A stretch of 64,000 bases of DNA from a virus (IMGVR_UViG_3300023174_000053:96001-160000); one strand, 5' to 3'; counted from the first letter of the stretch, positions 41,420 through 52,832 are shown. Notes: generated by a model from the letters alone, not told the origin. Program-made: numbers and translations.

Positions 41420-44400
41420 TTATGTGTTTGAATCAAATGTAATTCCACCAACAGTCATATCAAATGAAACCCAGATAGTATCATCAAATCTTTTGTTTAT
41501 ACTATAAGCAAAAGCATTGTCTACATATGTGGTTGCTGTTCCTGCTGGACCAGAATCTGAAATTACAGAAGAATACAATATTTTTTGTCCTGTTTGGAAA
41601 TTGTGATTTGTAAGATTAATGACATCATTATTAATATCAACAATACTACTAGCAGAACTAACAAATGTACGATGAAATAATGGTGTTTGTTTGCTAGTTA
41701 ATTTAAAAGATTTACTTCCAATCACAGTATTCCCAGGAAGTCTTCTTCTAATTTTTACCTCAGAAGTTTGAATGCCGATATTTAATCTGTGTGGAAGATT
41801 TAATCTTATACTTCCAATACCAATTGCATCAATAACAGTACTGTCTGGGATAAGTAAAGTAGAAAATCCCACATAATCACCAACCCTCAAATTATCAGTA
41901 TTAAGATTTATATAATATGGATAGAAACTATTAAATGTAGCAGTTTTTATTCCAATTGAAATATATTCATTCGAACCATCAAACTGACTACTTATATCGT
42001 CCATTATCAAAACCTTATTTGTTTTACTTAAAGTATAAGGTTTGAGTGCTAACCCAAAAATAGGTCCAGTTATACCAATACCAGCAACATTTGCTTCTTC
42101 TGCTCCAATATTTACTCTTTCAATTGAACCATCTTCAAATAAACTGTCAGATTCTTCGGTAACTAATGATAAATTGTTTCTACTATAAAATGATGATATA
42201 TCATCAAGATTTATAAGTAAATCTAAAGTAGAATTTGCAATTCCAACTTTTAAATCATTTTTTATTACACTTCCAATTCCAACATAAGTTAAAAACTTAG
42301 GAGAAACACTTATAATATCCAAATCAGAAAATTCTTTAAATCCTGCTGGATGAATTACAGAACGAACTGATTCTTTCCAGACATCATAAGATACTTCACT
42401 CTTAATTGAATATGAAAACTTTTGATAATAAGAATTGTCTGAAATCCTTTGTTGATAATTATTTAAAAATCCAACTTCATTTCCAGCATCATTAACTTTA
42501 TCTCTTGTTGCTCCAAGTGTTGATTTTAAGTTGAACTTATTAACAAATTCGACAGTACCATTCAATAATGATTTTTCACCTTTTAGTTTATTTCCAATTT
42601 CCAATTCACCTTTTGCATCAATCAATCGCAATTGATTGATATCATTATCCCAACCATTTTCCATAACAGTTGCGGAAAATACTATATTTCCATTTGATGT
42701 TGTAATTCCAATAACTTTTTCCCCAGAAATATAACTTAAATCATCAATAAGAATCATCTCAAACTCAGGCATATCCTTTTTATTGATTACAACTCCATAA
42801 CCATTACTATTGGTATAATTGCCTTCACGATTTGGTTGATTCAAACTTAATGTATCTTTCACTCCAGTCATGCTGAATGTTACTGTGAAGTTTTCTGAAC
42901 TTATTCCAGTTACAGTAAAGAACTTATATCCATAATCTTTTGAGTTGAAATTGTCTATTTTTTTCTTATTATTATCTTCTGTTTTTATTTGCCTACATTT
43001 TTCTATAAAGATTTCATCTCCAATAGCAAATGGGAATATAGTTTCTGTTTTTCCATATCCAGTTGTGATTAGTGGATATAATTGAGTATCATTTAATAAT
43101 TCCAATCTTATCTCAGAACCATCATCTTCTGCTACAATATCGTCAATCTCGTATCCATTAGAATTGTTTATAGGTACAATTCTTAATGGTGTGATTAAAT
43201 CATTAGTGTTTTCAACAACTTTTACCCCAACAATACTTCCACTTTGTAATTCGGCAGATAACTTTATCTTATCATTTCCAATAACTTTGAGTGATGGGGC
43301 AGTATTGTATCCCTTTCCTCCAGTTGTTATACCAATATAATCAATTCTTGCAATATCTTTAATTTGAACTATTGCTGGAGAACTTAAAAATGGAGTTAAT
43401 GTAGTATCAGTTGGGTAGTTAAAACCATCTTTAACTCTTTCTAACTGACTAACTTTTCCTATTGTTGATGATGATGACCTAAGAATAGAATTTTTACCAG
43501 AAATAGTTTCAATTGAAGAAATTTTTGGTAATTTTGTATATCTTTTTCCGCCAAAATTAACTTTTATTTTTGATATTGGTCCAGAAGTATTGGTAGAATT
43601 TGTATCATAAAAAACACTTGATGATGTGTGTGAGGTATTCTCTGGTTTTGTATTTAAATTAAACTTGAATGTTGTACTTCCAATTCCTATAATTGGATAT
43701 TCATTATTAAATGTGCTAGGAATAATTTTAATTCTGTTATTTGCTACAACTTCTTTATCGGAAGAAATTTGGAATAATTCAGAAGAAGAATTTGTTGATG
43801 GTATTAAATTATAATATAGTTCATTTTGATTAATGATCAATTCTTTTGGAATATTAGTTGTTCTAGTGTTTAATTTTCTATTATTATTGTCAATATATTT
43901 GAAACTTTCAATTTCTTTAGAAAAATTTGGATCTCTGTATAATCTTAAATCCATACCAGAAGCATCAGTCAAATCAAAAGTTAATATATCTCCTTCCGTA
44001 ATACTGATTGGTGGATTAATGAGAGCAATACTATGAATAGAAACACCAACATTTGTAAAACTAATACAAGTTCCAACTGCTGTATCATAAAGATAATTTG
44101 ATAACTTTATCTTATCTGGATTCTGTTTTAGAACATAATAAGTATTGTTATTGGTCAATCCACCAATAACAGTATTTGTATTGGTATAATAAACAACTTT
44201 ATCACCAGTTTTTAATTTATTACCAGTTATAGTAATCTCATTTGTTTGTGTATTTACACCAACCGAAGAAGCATCAAAATCAATTTTATCTGTTGTGATT
44301 TTTCTAAGTGTAGTATCGTATCTTAATTTTATTGTGTTTGAAAAACTTGGGAGCACATTAAATTTTATTTTATCGTCTGTTTGTAATCCATGTGTTTGTG

Positions 44401-47400
44401 CTGTAGAAACAGTTACAGAATAATTTTCAAAAGTTCCAGTAATTTTGGAATATTGTGTTGTTAATGAATGTGCTAATCCAATATTTGTTATTGGTGAAAA
44501 GAAATATAATGAGTTATTTGATGTGCCAATTCCTGTGGTTGTTGTAAATCCTAAAGTTGATAAACCAACATAATCATTTCCCAAATTGACTGCATATACT
44601 GTTTGATTTTGATTTATTCTAAATGTAGAACCTGTACCAGTATTTGATACTACAATCCCGGTCCCCCCCAATCCAACATTATAGGTTAATAATTGTCCTG
44701 TGTAATATTTGTGATTTGGTATATAAATTGAACGAGATGGAACAAATTTATCATATACTGATCTTTGGATGAAATACGTAGTAGTAAAAATTCCACCACC
44801 AAGAGTATTATTTGATGAAATTTGGATACTTCCAATTCCAATATTTACAATAGTTGTTCCAACAGAAACATAAGTTCCTGAAACATAATCACCATTTTTT
44901 AGTGCAATAGTATTAATTCCAATATAACTGGTTCCAGTACTAATTGTACCAAAATCAGTTTTAACTCCAACCAATTTATAGTAATTTGTTCCACTTGTTC
45001 CTATTCCTATTGTATTGCTGGGATTGAAATAAATGGTTTTATTCTCTATGATAGCATCATCATATTGTGAAGCATTAAATGTAAATGTATTTGGAAGTAA
45101 TATAACAGAAACAATGCCTGCAGTATGAATTCCAGCATAATTTTGATATCGATTTACAAATAATTTTGATTCTGAAGATGAAATATCAATAACTCTTAAA
45201 GTTTCTGTATTGATTCCAATTAAGTTATCAACTTCAAATCCAGAAACATCATTTACAGAAATATAAGTTGTTACACCAGTAGTTGATTGGTTTGGAATAT
45301 CATTTATTAAACTAACACTTTTTTGATTTACTAATACTTTTTTAAATCCTTGAATGTAATTATAAGGACTAGAAGAAATGGAAGTAACTAAAATTTCATC
45401 ATTTGTAATTAAATTGTGAGGTGTTCCTGTAATTCCTTTTACTCTTGTTCCCTTTGTAATAAAAGTAACACCAGAAAAAGTAGATACACCAATTTGAATA
45501 TTGGAAACTTCTTTTCCTTCGACTCTTGAAATTGCAGCAGATATTCCAGTTCCACCAGAAGTAGAATCATCAAAAATAATATTATCACCTGGTTTATAAT
45601 CTTGGCCTGGATCATAAATTGATACGGAATTTATACTAGAGGACTGTATTTGTTTTACTATAAATTCTTGTTTATATTTTGATTCTATTTTATTAATTAA
45701 ATCATAAGATGCATATGAAGAATTTAAATAATATGGACCAGTATTTCTTACTATATCTAAATTATTAAAATTCAATTCCTGATTGAATGATGGTTCGAAA
45801 TTTTCTTCTATCGGCAAATCTTTAAATTCTGAACCGATCAGATATGGGTATTGTGGTTTTTTTACTCCATTGGAATCATCAAGAGTAAGAAAATATCCAT
45901 AATTGATATTTGGAAAATCACTATTGGTTATAAACATTCCATTATATTCATCCAAATGACCTCCAGATGTTGCTTTATCATAAACAAAATCTTGAATAAA
46001 AAATCCAGATGAATAATTAGGTCTTATATTCGAATTAATCAATCCATCTATTTCTGGTTTACTAGTTTGCTTATAACTTGATTTTATTTGTGCAATTGTT
46101 CCATTTATTTTGCCATAAGGGCCAAAAATAGGATTTCCATCATATGCCCATCCTAAAATACGATATGGATTTATTGCTCCTTCTGGTGGTTGTTCTGTTC
46201 CATCTTCTTTATTGATGAAATTCTTTAAATTTTTTCTTAATTTTTTAGAAGGGTAATAATTTATAAATTCCAATCCAAATTCATCAACATCACTTGGTAT
46301 AATAATACCTTCATCTTCAGAATTGATAATTGACTTATTTTTTTCAATTTGATTTATTTGCCATTCAAAAACGTTACCTTCAAATCTAGCACCAGAACCC
46401 CTTTTCTTTATAATTAGTTCTGTATTTGTTTCATCGTAGTTTATTCCAGAATTAATAACTGAGACTTGAGTTATTTTTCCATTTACTATAGTCGGAAATA
46501 GTTCAGCGTATTTTCCGTTTTTACTAGTAATAATAATATCAATATCATTTGCATATCCTTTTCCTGCATTTAATATTTGAACATCAACAATTAAACCATC
46601 CGAAATAACTGGTTTTAATATTGCTTCTGATATTTGTTTGCTTACAGAAACAAGTGGTTTTCTGTGAAAGTTAATAATATCTGGTGTTCCATATTTACTT
46701 CCACTATTTTCTATAAAAATATTATCAAAAGAACCAAGAACAATCGGATCTAATGATGGTTCTATAATTGTAGTAGTAATTCCACTAATTGCCTCAACAT
46801 TAATTTGAATTGGTGGATATGAAAATTTGTGTGTTCCGACACCAATAGAAGCAAAACTTATATATTTTTTATTAATATAATTTTCTCTAGAAATATTTGT
46901 AGAAAGTCCAGCAATTGATAGTTTAAATTTATTTTCATCAACTACTGTTACATGGTAATTGGTTTGAGTTGATAAACCAGATATTACAGCATCTGATGTT
47001 GTATATAATATTAAATCTTCATTTTTAAAGTTATGATTTTTTGCAAAAATATAATCATCAAATGTATTAATTCCAACTGTTTGATTATCTGCTGATAATA
47101 ATGATGGAACTGCTACAAATCTATTTGAATATCCAGAACCACCATTCTTTACATATATTTTTGTTATTGTATTTTTTGAATTTAATGTTTTTAAACTATG
47201 AATTCCAGAATATCCAATACCACTAATTGAAATAGTATTAATTCCAGATATAGCATCTATTTTTGTATTATATAATTTAATTTGTGTTGTGCTTGTTACT
47301 CCAACAAAATATGAAGAACTGTCAATAAGAGGAGATATGGAAGTATTTGAGTTTTTGTTATAAAAAACCTCTTCAAAATTATCAAAATTGTGATTTTGTG

Positions 47401-49849
47401 AAAAAATGATACTATTGCTGTATATACTAGTTGCTTTAAAATTTGAAGTAATTCTTGTTTTTACTAAATTTGATTCTAATACAGCACCAGAACCATTACC
47501 ACCAGTTAAAGTGATTTTTGGTTTTGATTGATAACCAATTCCTGGTGATAATAATTTTACTTCATTTAAACTTCCTGTTATACAACCATTTACTATGGCA
47601 CCAGATCCAGAGTTATCTTCAACGGTTATTCCAGAAAAATTAATTACATCATATCCTTGTCCTGACGCATTAACATTTACAGAGTCTAGTTTTCCGTAAT
47701 AAATATTATCTTGGAAAGTAGTGGTTGAAAATATTTCAACTCCATCTGCCAAAATACCTATTTTTTTATTGATTGTTTTTCTTTTTTCTGGGTCATCAAA
47801 AAATTGTTCTTTTTTAGTTAAATTGAATTTTTTAAATAATTTCTGATGTTCTAACGTTTTATTTTGATAATTTAATTTTACAAAAGAATCTTCGATTCCT
47901 ACATTTGAAAATTTAATATAATTTTTGGTATATAAATCAGTATTACTATAAGAAAGTTTAATATTATCTTTATCAAAATTTGTCAAAAAGTAAGTAGAAC
48001 TTTTAATCCCAGAATTGGATGAAGAAGAATAATAAATTTTTTCCCCAGTATAAAAATTATGATTAGGGCAATTTAATACACTTGTAATCCCTACATCAGT
48101 AATCCAATTTGAATTTGTGGTTTTAGTGACGTTTGTTCTTCTGTCTGTTGAATAAATTGTATCATTCGGCAATCCAGAAGAAGTAACATAAAAATTATCA
48201 AAATCATAATCAACATAAGTATTCTGTACTCCTGTTGGTAGAATGGAAATTGATGAAAAATAGTTATTATTGCTATTTGCTTTTCTGGTTATTTTTTTAA
48301 TTTCAGTTTTTGATGTTGTATTTAATGTTTCATTAATATCAACATAATATCCATTAGTATCATCAAAACCATAATCTTTTACTGTTGCGGATAAAACATT
48401 ATCATTTTCATCATCTGGATTCAATAAATTAAATTTATCCCCAATAATAAAAGTCAATCTATCATAAAAATATATTCTATTACCAGAAGTGGATTTTATT
48501 TTATGAGTTGTTGGTATATTATAGTTCCAAAAATTAAATTCCTTTCTATCATTCAGATCAGTTCCAAATTCAGAAAGTTGTATTTTATCTCCAACTCTTA
48601 GACTAGATGTTTGAGAATAATCAATAGTATCAATAATATTAATTAATCTAAATTCAACTTTAGTTCCATCATCTAGATACGAATATAAAAAGTTTTCCTC
48701 TACCAATTCTTCACCAAAATTTAAATCCGCAATAACACCAGAAACTCCAAGAAATTCAGTTGAAGTTTTGTCTGTATAAGTTAAAGTTATTGGATTTGCT
48801 AATTTTGATGTTTTTATAAACAAAGAACCACTTTTCTTAAATCCAACTGTGGAATCTACTATAATAGAAGTAGAATTTTCAGTAACAGTTTCGGAAATAT
48901 TTGTTTTTTTTGTAGGTTCAAAATTAAATATAAAAGAAGTAAAATCTAAAGAAATTTCATACAAATCTCTATCATCTACTGGTCTATATTCTACATTATA
49001 AATTGAAGCACTAGCAGTTTTTCCATTTCCTAAAATTTCAAATATAGTTTTTCCTTTTAATTGTTTTCTTAAATCAGAGTCATTAACTCTGAGTGTTTCA
49101 TCTCTAACTATCTGTTCTACTAGAATATTTTTAGTCACCAAATAATTATTATCTGATGGTCTTAAAATATAATCCTGTGGTTTAATGACTTGAATATCTT
49201 TACCAAAAAGAATGCTGAATAGAATTTTATAAGATGTATCAGTTCCTTTTGTAATATAAAAATCTTTTGCTCTAGATAAAATATTTTTTAAATTCAATCC
49301 TTTTACAAATTGCCTATCTTCAAATCCAGGTAAAAATTGAGTTTTAAACTTTTTAAATATTTCATTAAAGAATAATAAATTTAAATTCGTTACTGTTTTT
49401 GCTTTAATGTGAGGTGCTGAATTTGTTTTTGAAAATACAAAAGATTCATTATTTGAATGTTGGTCTATCCCACTAAATCCACGAACACATCCAGTAAAAC
49501 TATTTGTAGTAATACCAGTATATGTGATAATTTCATCATCAATTTTTAATAGACCGTATTTTTGCGGAAATCCAATTGTATGGTTAACTGCAATCACATC
49601 ATCAAAAGATGTTACATCTTCTGCTAAGGTACAAATTCCAACTTTGCTGTAAAATGTTTCGTTATTGAAATTATCAATACTCTTATATTGTTGCAAATTG
49701 ACTGCTAAATCTACAACACCAGTTTGATGCTCTTGAGAAATATAATACTGCTCTAAAAATTCTCTAAAAAGTGGTGAATCGTCATTTAAAAATTCTGGAA
49801 TTTGTGATTCAACAATAGATTGAATTTTTACTCTTTTAATTTCCGACAT
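41420..49849 (-). CDS. g7: Baseplate wedge initiator gp7-like protein (N-terminal part)
   Basis: VKI..IVESQIPEF; KDFY..KGT..S..ILF; GWAYDGNPIFGPYG; LDEYNG; YYQKFSYSIKS; HPAGFK.FSD; follows g6. Confidence 0.85.
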   Translation of the reverse strand: MSEIKRVKIQSIVESQIPEFLNDDSPLFREFLEQYYISQEHQTGVVDLAVNLQQYKSIDNFNNETFYSKVGICTLAEDVTSFDDVIAVNHTIGFPQKYGLLKIDDEIITYTGITTNSFTGCVRGFSGIDQHSNNESFVFSKTNSAPHIKAKTVTNLNLLFFNEIFKKFKTQFLPGFEDRQFVKGLNLKNILSRAKDFYITKGTDTSYKILFSILFGKDIQVIKPQDYILRPSDNNYLVTKNILVEQIVRDETLRVNDSDLRKQLKGKTIFEILGNGKTASASIYNVEYRPVDDRDLYEISLDFTSFIFNFEPTKKTNISETVTENSTSIIVDSTVGFKKSGSLFIKTSKLANPITLTYTDKTSTEFLGVSGVIADLNFGEELVEENFLYSYLDDGTKVEFRLINIIDTIDYSQTSSLRVGDKIQLSEFGTDLNDRKEFNFWNYNIPTTHKIKSTSGNRIYFYDRLTFIIGDKFNLLNPDDENDNVLSATVKDYGFDDTNGYYVDINETLNTTSKTEIKKITRKANSNNNYFSSISILPTGVQNTYVDYDFDNFYVTSSGLPNDTIYSTDRRTNVTKTTNSNWITDVGITSVLNCPNHNFYTGEKIYYSSSSNSGIKSSTYFLTNFDKDNIKLSYSNTDLYTKNYIKFSNVGIEDSFVKLNYQNKTLEHQKLFKKFNLTKKEQFFDDPEKRKTINKKIGILADGVEIFSTTTFQDNIYYGKLDSVNVNASGQGYDVINFSGITVEDNSGSGAIVNGCITGSLNEVKLLSPGIGYQSKPKITLTGGNGSGAVLESNLVKTRITSNFKATSIYSNSIIFSQNHNFDNFEEVFYNKNSNTSISPLIDSSSYFVGVTSTTQIKLYNTKIDAISGINTISISGIGYSGIHSLKTLNSKNTITKIYVKNGGSGYSNRFVAVPSLLSADNQTVGINTFDDYIFAKNHNFKNEDLILYTTSDAVISGLSTQTNYHVTVVDENKFKLSIAGLSTNISRENYINKKYISFASIGVGTHKFSYPPIQINVEAISGITTTIIEPSLDPIVLGSFDNIFIENSGSKYGTPDIINFHRKPLVSVSKQISEAILKPVISDGLIVDVQILNAGKGYANDIDIIITSKNGKYAELFPTIVNGKITQVSVINSGINYDETNTELIIKKRGSGARFEGNVFEWQINQIEKNKSIINSEDEGIIIPSDVDEFGLEFINYYPSKKLRKNLKNFINKEDGTEQPPEGAINPYRILGWAYDGNPIFGPYGKINGTIAQIKSSYKQTSKPEIDGLINSNIRPNYSSGFFIQDFVYDKATSGGHLDEYNGMFITNSDFPNINYGYFLTLDDSNGVKKPQYPYLIGSEFKDLPIEENFEPSFNQELNFNNLDIVRNTGPYYLNSSYASYDLINKIESKYKQEFIVKQIQSSSINSVSIYDPGQDYKPGDNIIFDDSTSGGTGISAAISRVEGKEVSNIQIGVSTFSGVTFITKGTRVKGITGTPHNLITNDEILVTSISSSPYNYIQGFKKVLVNQKSVSLINDIPNQSTTGVTTYISVNDVSGFEVDNLIGINTETLRVIDISSSESKLFVNRYQNYAGIHTAGIVSVILLPNTFTFNASQYDDAIIENKTIYFNPSNTIGIGTSGTNYYKLVGVKTDFGTISTGTSYIGINTIALKNGDYVSGTYVSVGTTIVNIGIGSIQISSNNTLGGGIFTTTYFIQRSVYDKFVPSRSIYIPNHKYYTGQLLTYNVGLGGTGIVVSNTGTGSTFRINQNQTVYAVNLGNDYVGLSTLGFTTTTGIGTSNNSLYFFSPITNIGLAHSLTTQYSKITGTFENYSVTVSTAQTHGLQTDDKIKFNVLPSFSNTIKLRYDTTLRKITTDKIDFDASSVGVNTQTNEITITGNKLKTGDKVVYYTNTNTVIGGLTNNNTYYVLKQNPDKIKLSNYLYDTAVGTCISFTNVGVSIHSIALINPPISITEGDILTFDLTDASGMDLRLYRDPNFSKEIESFKYIDNNNRKLNTRTTNIPKELIINQNELYYNLIPSTNSSSELFQISSDKEVVANNRIKIIPSTFNNEYPIIGIGSTTFKFNLNTKPENTSHTSSSVFYDTNSTNTSGPISKIKVNFGGKRYTKLPKISSIETISGKNSILRSSSSTIGKVSQLERVKDGFNYPTDTTLTPFLSSPAIVQIKDIARIDYIGITTGGKGYNTAPSLKVIGNDKIKLSAELQSGSIVGVKVVENTNDLITPLRIVPINNSNGYEIDDIVAEDDGSEIRLELLNDTQLYPLITTGYGKTETIFPFAIGDEIFIEKCRQIKTEDNNKKKIDNFNSKDYGYKFFTVTGISSENFTVTFSMTGVKDTLSLNQPNREGNYTNSNGYGVVINKKDMPEFEMILIDDLSYISGEKVIGITTSNGNIVFSATVMENGWDNDINQLRLIDAKGELEIGNKLKGEKSLLNGTVEFVNKFNLKSTLGATRDKVNDAGNEVGFLNNYQQRISDNSYYQKFSYSIKSEVSYDVWKESVRSVIHPAGFKEFSDLDIISVSPKFLTYVGIGSVIKNDLKVGIANSTLDLLINLDDISSFYSRNNLSLVTEESDSLFEDGSIERVNIGAEEANVAGIGITGPIFGLALKPYTLSKTNKVLIMDDISSQFDGSNEYISIGIKTATFNSFYPYYINLNTDNLRVGDYVGFSTLLIPDSTVIDAIGIGSIRLNLPHRLNIGIQTSEVKIRRRLPGNTVIGSKSFKLTSKQTPLFHRTFVSSASSIVDINNDVINLTNHNFQTGQKILYSSVISDSGPAGTATTYVDNAFAYSINKRFDDTIWVSFDMTVGGITFDSNT

Positions 49850-49850
49850 C

Positions 49851-51731
49851 TTATCTTGTATAATTTCCGTTTACGTAACTTGATGTGACCGCATATTGTG
49901 TTGCTGAAGTATTTTCACCAGATGTAATTACATCCTCCAGAACACTTACATTAAGTTTAGTTGTATCTAGTTCCAAGTATATATCCTTTAACGCAAGGAC
50001 ATCATTTGACTCTGGTATCGCTTGAATTTCAATCCCAGCAGTACTAGTAGATGATGTGAATATTATTGTAGTTAATTTAATTTCACCTCTCATATAATTT
50101 ACGGTTCCAGCATTATTGTTTACAACTACAGGGGAACCATCAACTAATTTAAAGAAAAATATAATTCCAGTTTCATTAGTTTTTGGAACATCACTCATAT
50201 ACAAAGTTCCACTAGTATCTTTTACTGTAAACCCAGTTGATTTGATATTATATCCTCTGCCATCAGAATTTAATTTCTTAATATGAAATTGATTTCCAAA
50301 ACATATTTCATACGTTGCTAATTTATTATATTCTGGTTGTAAATCTCTTCTAATTTTAATTTTAGTAATATTGGAAGTAATGGATGTACTTGTATTGTCA
50401 ATCAACGAAGAAACTTTACTATATTTAAATCTACCACCAAAACTATTCAACTCGGTTGATTTGCTATATGATTCTAAATTTTTTATAACTCTTAGTTGTA
50501 GATTGTTTGAATCTATTGTAGTACTTTTATCATAATAAACTGTTGTATCTATTTCAACATACATATACTTCAAATCAATAATTTCTGGTTTAATCCCAGC
50601 AATTGAATATTGTTTTAAATCTTTTTTAATACTATCTTTTGTAATTTGAGAAAGGAACTTACCTTTTCTTGGTTTGATTGAAATATAAACTTTACCATAC
50701 TCTGGAGGATCTAACTCATCCCCACCATATGCCGTCACAGTATCCACATTTGGAAACAGATATGGGATTAGTCCTTTATAATCATTTGCGGTTACTGCAC
50801 GGTATTGTGAAGCATATACTCTAGGTCCAAGATACTTAACTGAATCAATTGATTCAATATCATCACCGTTTTCGGATGATTGAATGGTAGTTAATAAGGA
50901 AATATTGTTTGTGATTGATGTGCTATTATTATCAGTTAAAATACCAGAAAAAGTAAAGTTTGCTGCTCCATTTGCTTCTTTTCCATTTGTAATAATATAA
51001 CTAATAAAAATAGTACTTCCACTAATTGGTTTTCTTCCTATAATATCATCACCAAATAAAATTTCATATTTCTCATCATCTATTTCTTGTATTAGAAAAA
51101 TCCTTGAATTTTTATTTACTTGAAAAATATTTTTATATGATTGATATTTTTCTGCAATAACACCAGTAACTTTTACACGAATTGTAGACGAATCTACACC
51201 AGTATTTGGAATTGTAAATCTTTGATTTGTTTGTGATTTATCTACTGTATATGACTTTGTTAAATATGAACCTTCATAGACATCAATACTTGTGAAATTT
51301 GCAAATCCATTATTATCAACGACTACTGTGATGTCTTCTGGAATTGAAAATATATAATTACCATTCTCAACAGCACCCAAAGCAACGATTCCTGCTTTTA
51401 GAGTAACTGTTTTTGAATTTAACCCTGTAGTATTGACAGTAAAACTAACCTTTGCCTTTGACGCACTTTTGGATCTGGGGACGTATCCTATGTTACGTGC
51501 AAGAGAGACTACATTTTCTCGAAGAGTTGCACTATCAATAAAGGATTCATTTACTGCCATGTTAGTATTGAAGGCAGTAATATAAGAGTTGTATGCTAAT
51601 ACATCAATTAAACTTGAAAAATTAGACCCTTCAAAATCAAAATCCGTGAAATTACTATTCGATCTCAAATAATCCTTTATCTGAGTGCGTAAATCATTAA
51701 AATCTAGATTGGTAAAATTATTGAAGGGCAT
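49851..51731 (-). CDS. g6: Baseplate wedge protein gp6
   Basis: LDF...IKDYLR....FTDFDFEGS..S.LIDVLAYN; ESFIDSA.LR.NVVS.AR.IGY.P.S; QYRAVTANDY. Confidence 0.97.
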   Translation of the reverse strand: MPFNNFTNLDFNDLRTQIKDYLRSNSNFTDFDFEGSNFSSLIDVLAYNSYITAFNTNMAVNESFIDSATLRENVVSLARNIGYVPRSKSASKAKVSFTVNTTGLNSKTVTLKAGIVALGAVENGNYIFSIPEDITVVVDNNGFANFTSIDVYEGSYLTKSYTVDKSQTNQRFTIPNTGVDSSTIRVKVTGVIAEKYQSYKNIFQVNKNSRIFLIQEIDDEKYEILFGDDIIGRKPISGSTIFISYIITNGKEANGAANFTFSGILTDNNSTSITNNISLLTTIQSSENGDDIESIDSVKYLGPRVYASQYRAVTANDYKGLIPYLFPNVDTVTAYGGDELDPPEYGKVYISIKPRKGKFLSQITKDSIKKDLKQYSIAGIKPEIIDLKYMYVEIDTTVYYDKSTTIDSNNLQLRVIKNLESYSKSTELNSFGGRFKYSKVSSLIDNTSTSITSNITKIKIRRDLQPEYNKLATYEICFGNQFHIKKLNSDGRGYNIKSTGFTVKDTSGTLYMSDVPKTNETGIIFFFKLVDGSPVVVNNNAGTVNYMRGEIKLTTIIFTSSTSTAGIEIQAIPESNDVLALKDIYLELDTTKLNVSVLEDVITSGENTSATQYAVTSSYVNGNYTR

Positions 51732-52129
51732 TATATTCTAGTTGGTTGTAAAAGAAACTCTATATTTTGAAGAGGAAATGGAAGTCCAACAATATCGTAA
51801 GAAATTTTTACATTCAATTCATTTGAATCTTCAATCGATTCAACCATTACTTCTTTAACTACAATTCTTGGTTCAAAGTTACTTAATACTGTTTTAATTT
51901 CTTCATCAAGTATTGTCGAAACTTCTGGTCCATTAAGTTCAAATAAAGAATTATCAACAGAGGTTCCCAATAAATTATTGAAGAACCTCTCACCAATACG
52001 AGTTCTGATTAAGTTAATAACAGATTTTTTAATCGCATCCTCATTTTTTAATACAAGAACATCGTTCGTCACTGGATGTCTAGAAAAAGACAAACTAATG
52101 TCCTTAAAACTTCTAGAAATACTAAGCAT
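51731..52129 (-). CDS. g25: Baseplate wedge protein gp25
   Basis: FKDISLSF..HPVT.D; AIK.SV.NLI.T..GERFF; FEPR. Confidence 0.95.
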   Translation of the reverse strand: MLSISRSFKDISLSFSRHPVTNDVLVLKNEDAIKKSVINLIRTRIGERFFNNLLGTSVDNSLFELNGPEVSTILDEEIKTVLSNFEPRIVVKEVMVESIEDSNELNVKISYDIVGLPFPLQNIEFLLQPTRI

Positions 52130-52167
52130 TTAAACAATGAGCATGATTAATATATCTATAATACTTT

Positions 52168-52407
52168 TTAGATTATTTTTCCGTATGTTGGTTCAGTTCC
52201 ATAGTCCCAATCATCATAATCTTCATCATTTCTAATTTTTTCATGCAATTCAGTTTGTTTCTTTAGATCGTGCTTTGGTGCATAATCGTGCATAATCTCC
52301 TGAATAACTCTTTTTGGTTTTTCTTTATCAGTATCTGTAATGGGTTTTGTAGTTCCCCACATTTCTCTCATATAGTTTTTGTCTTGATTAATTTGATAAA
52401 ATGCCAT
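52168..52407 (-). CDS. Conserved cyanophage hypothetical protein
   Basis: YMREMWGT...DYDDWDYGTEP; AGGAG SD upstream. Confidence 0.75.
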   Translation of the reverse strand: MAFYQINQDKNYMREMWGTTKPITDTDKEKPKRVIQEIMHDYAPKHDLKKQTELHEKIRNDEDYDDWDYGTEPTYGKII

Positions 52408-52469
52408 TTTAGCTCCTGTTTTTTGATAAAAACAGAACTTTTAAGGAGGTTTCTATCTCCTTTAACTAT

Positions 52470-52811
52470 TTAACGACCTAACTGACGAAGTTTATAATTT
52501 TCCGAATTAAGATACTTCAACAGTTCTAATGCTACTAATTTTGGATTTCCTTCACCACAAGTATAAACATCTATCGCAATACAACCTTTCTCAGGCCATG
52601 TATGACAAGAAACGTGACTTTCTGAGAGTGCAATCACAATTGTAAGACCTTGAGGATGAAAACAGTGCTGAAAAATATTTAAAATTGTCATTCCAGCACG
52701 TTGAATGCCACGTTCCATGACTCCCTGAAGGGCAATACCATCGTTTAGAAGGTTGTGTTCTACGTTATAAACCTCCAAAAGAAGGTGATTGCCCATCGAA
52801 AACTGTTTCAA
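52470..52811 (-). CDS. speD: S-adenosylmethionine decarboxylase proenzyme (pyruvoyl-dependent, class 1b)
   Basis: G.HLL..; F.PQG.T....L.ESH.S.HTWPE.G..A.DVYTCG with the E-S self-cleavage site. Confidence 0.93.
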   Translation of the reverse strand: MKQFSMGNHLLLEVYNVEHNLLNDGIALQGVMERGIQRAGMTILNIFQHCFHPQGLTIVIALSESHVSCHTWPEKGCIAIDVYTCGEGNPKLVALELLKYLNSENYKLRQLGR

Positions 52812-52832
52812 TTCAATATCTTTAGTAAAAAG

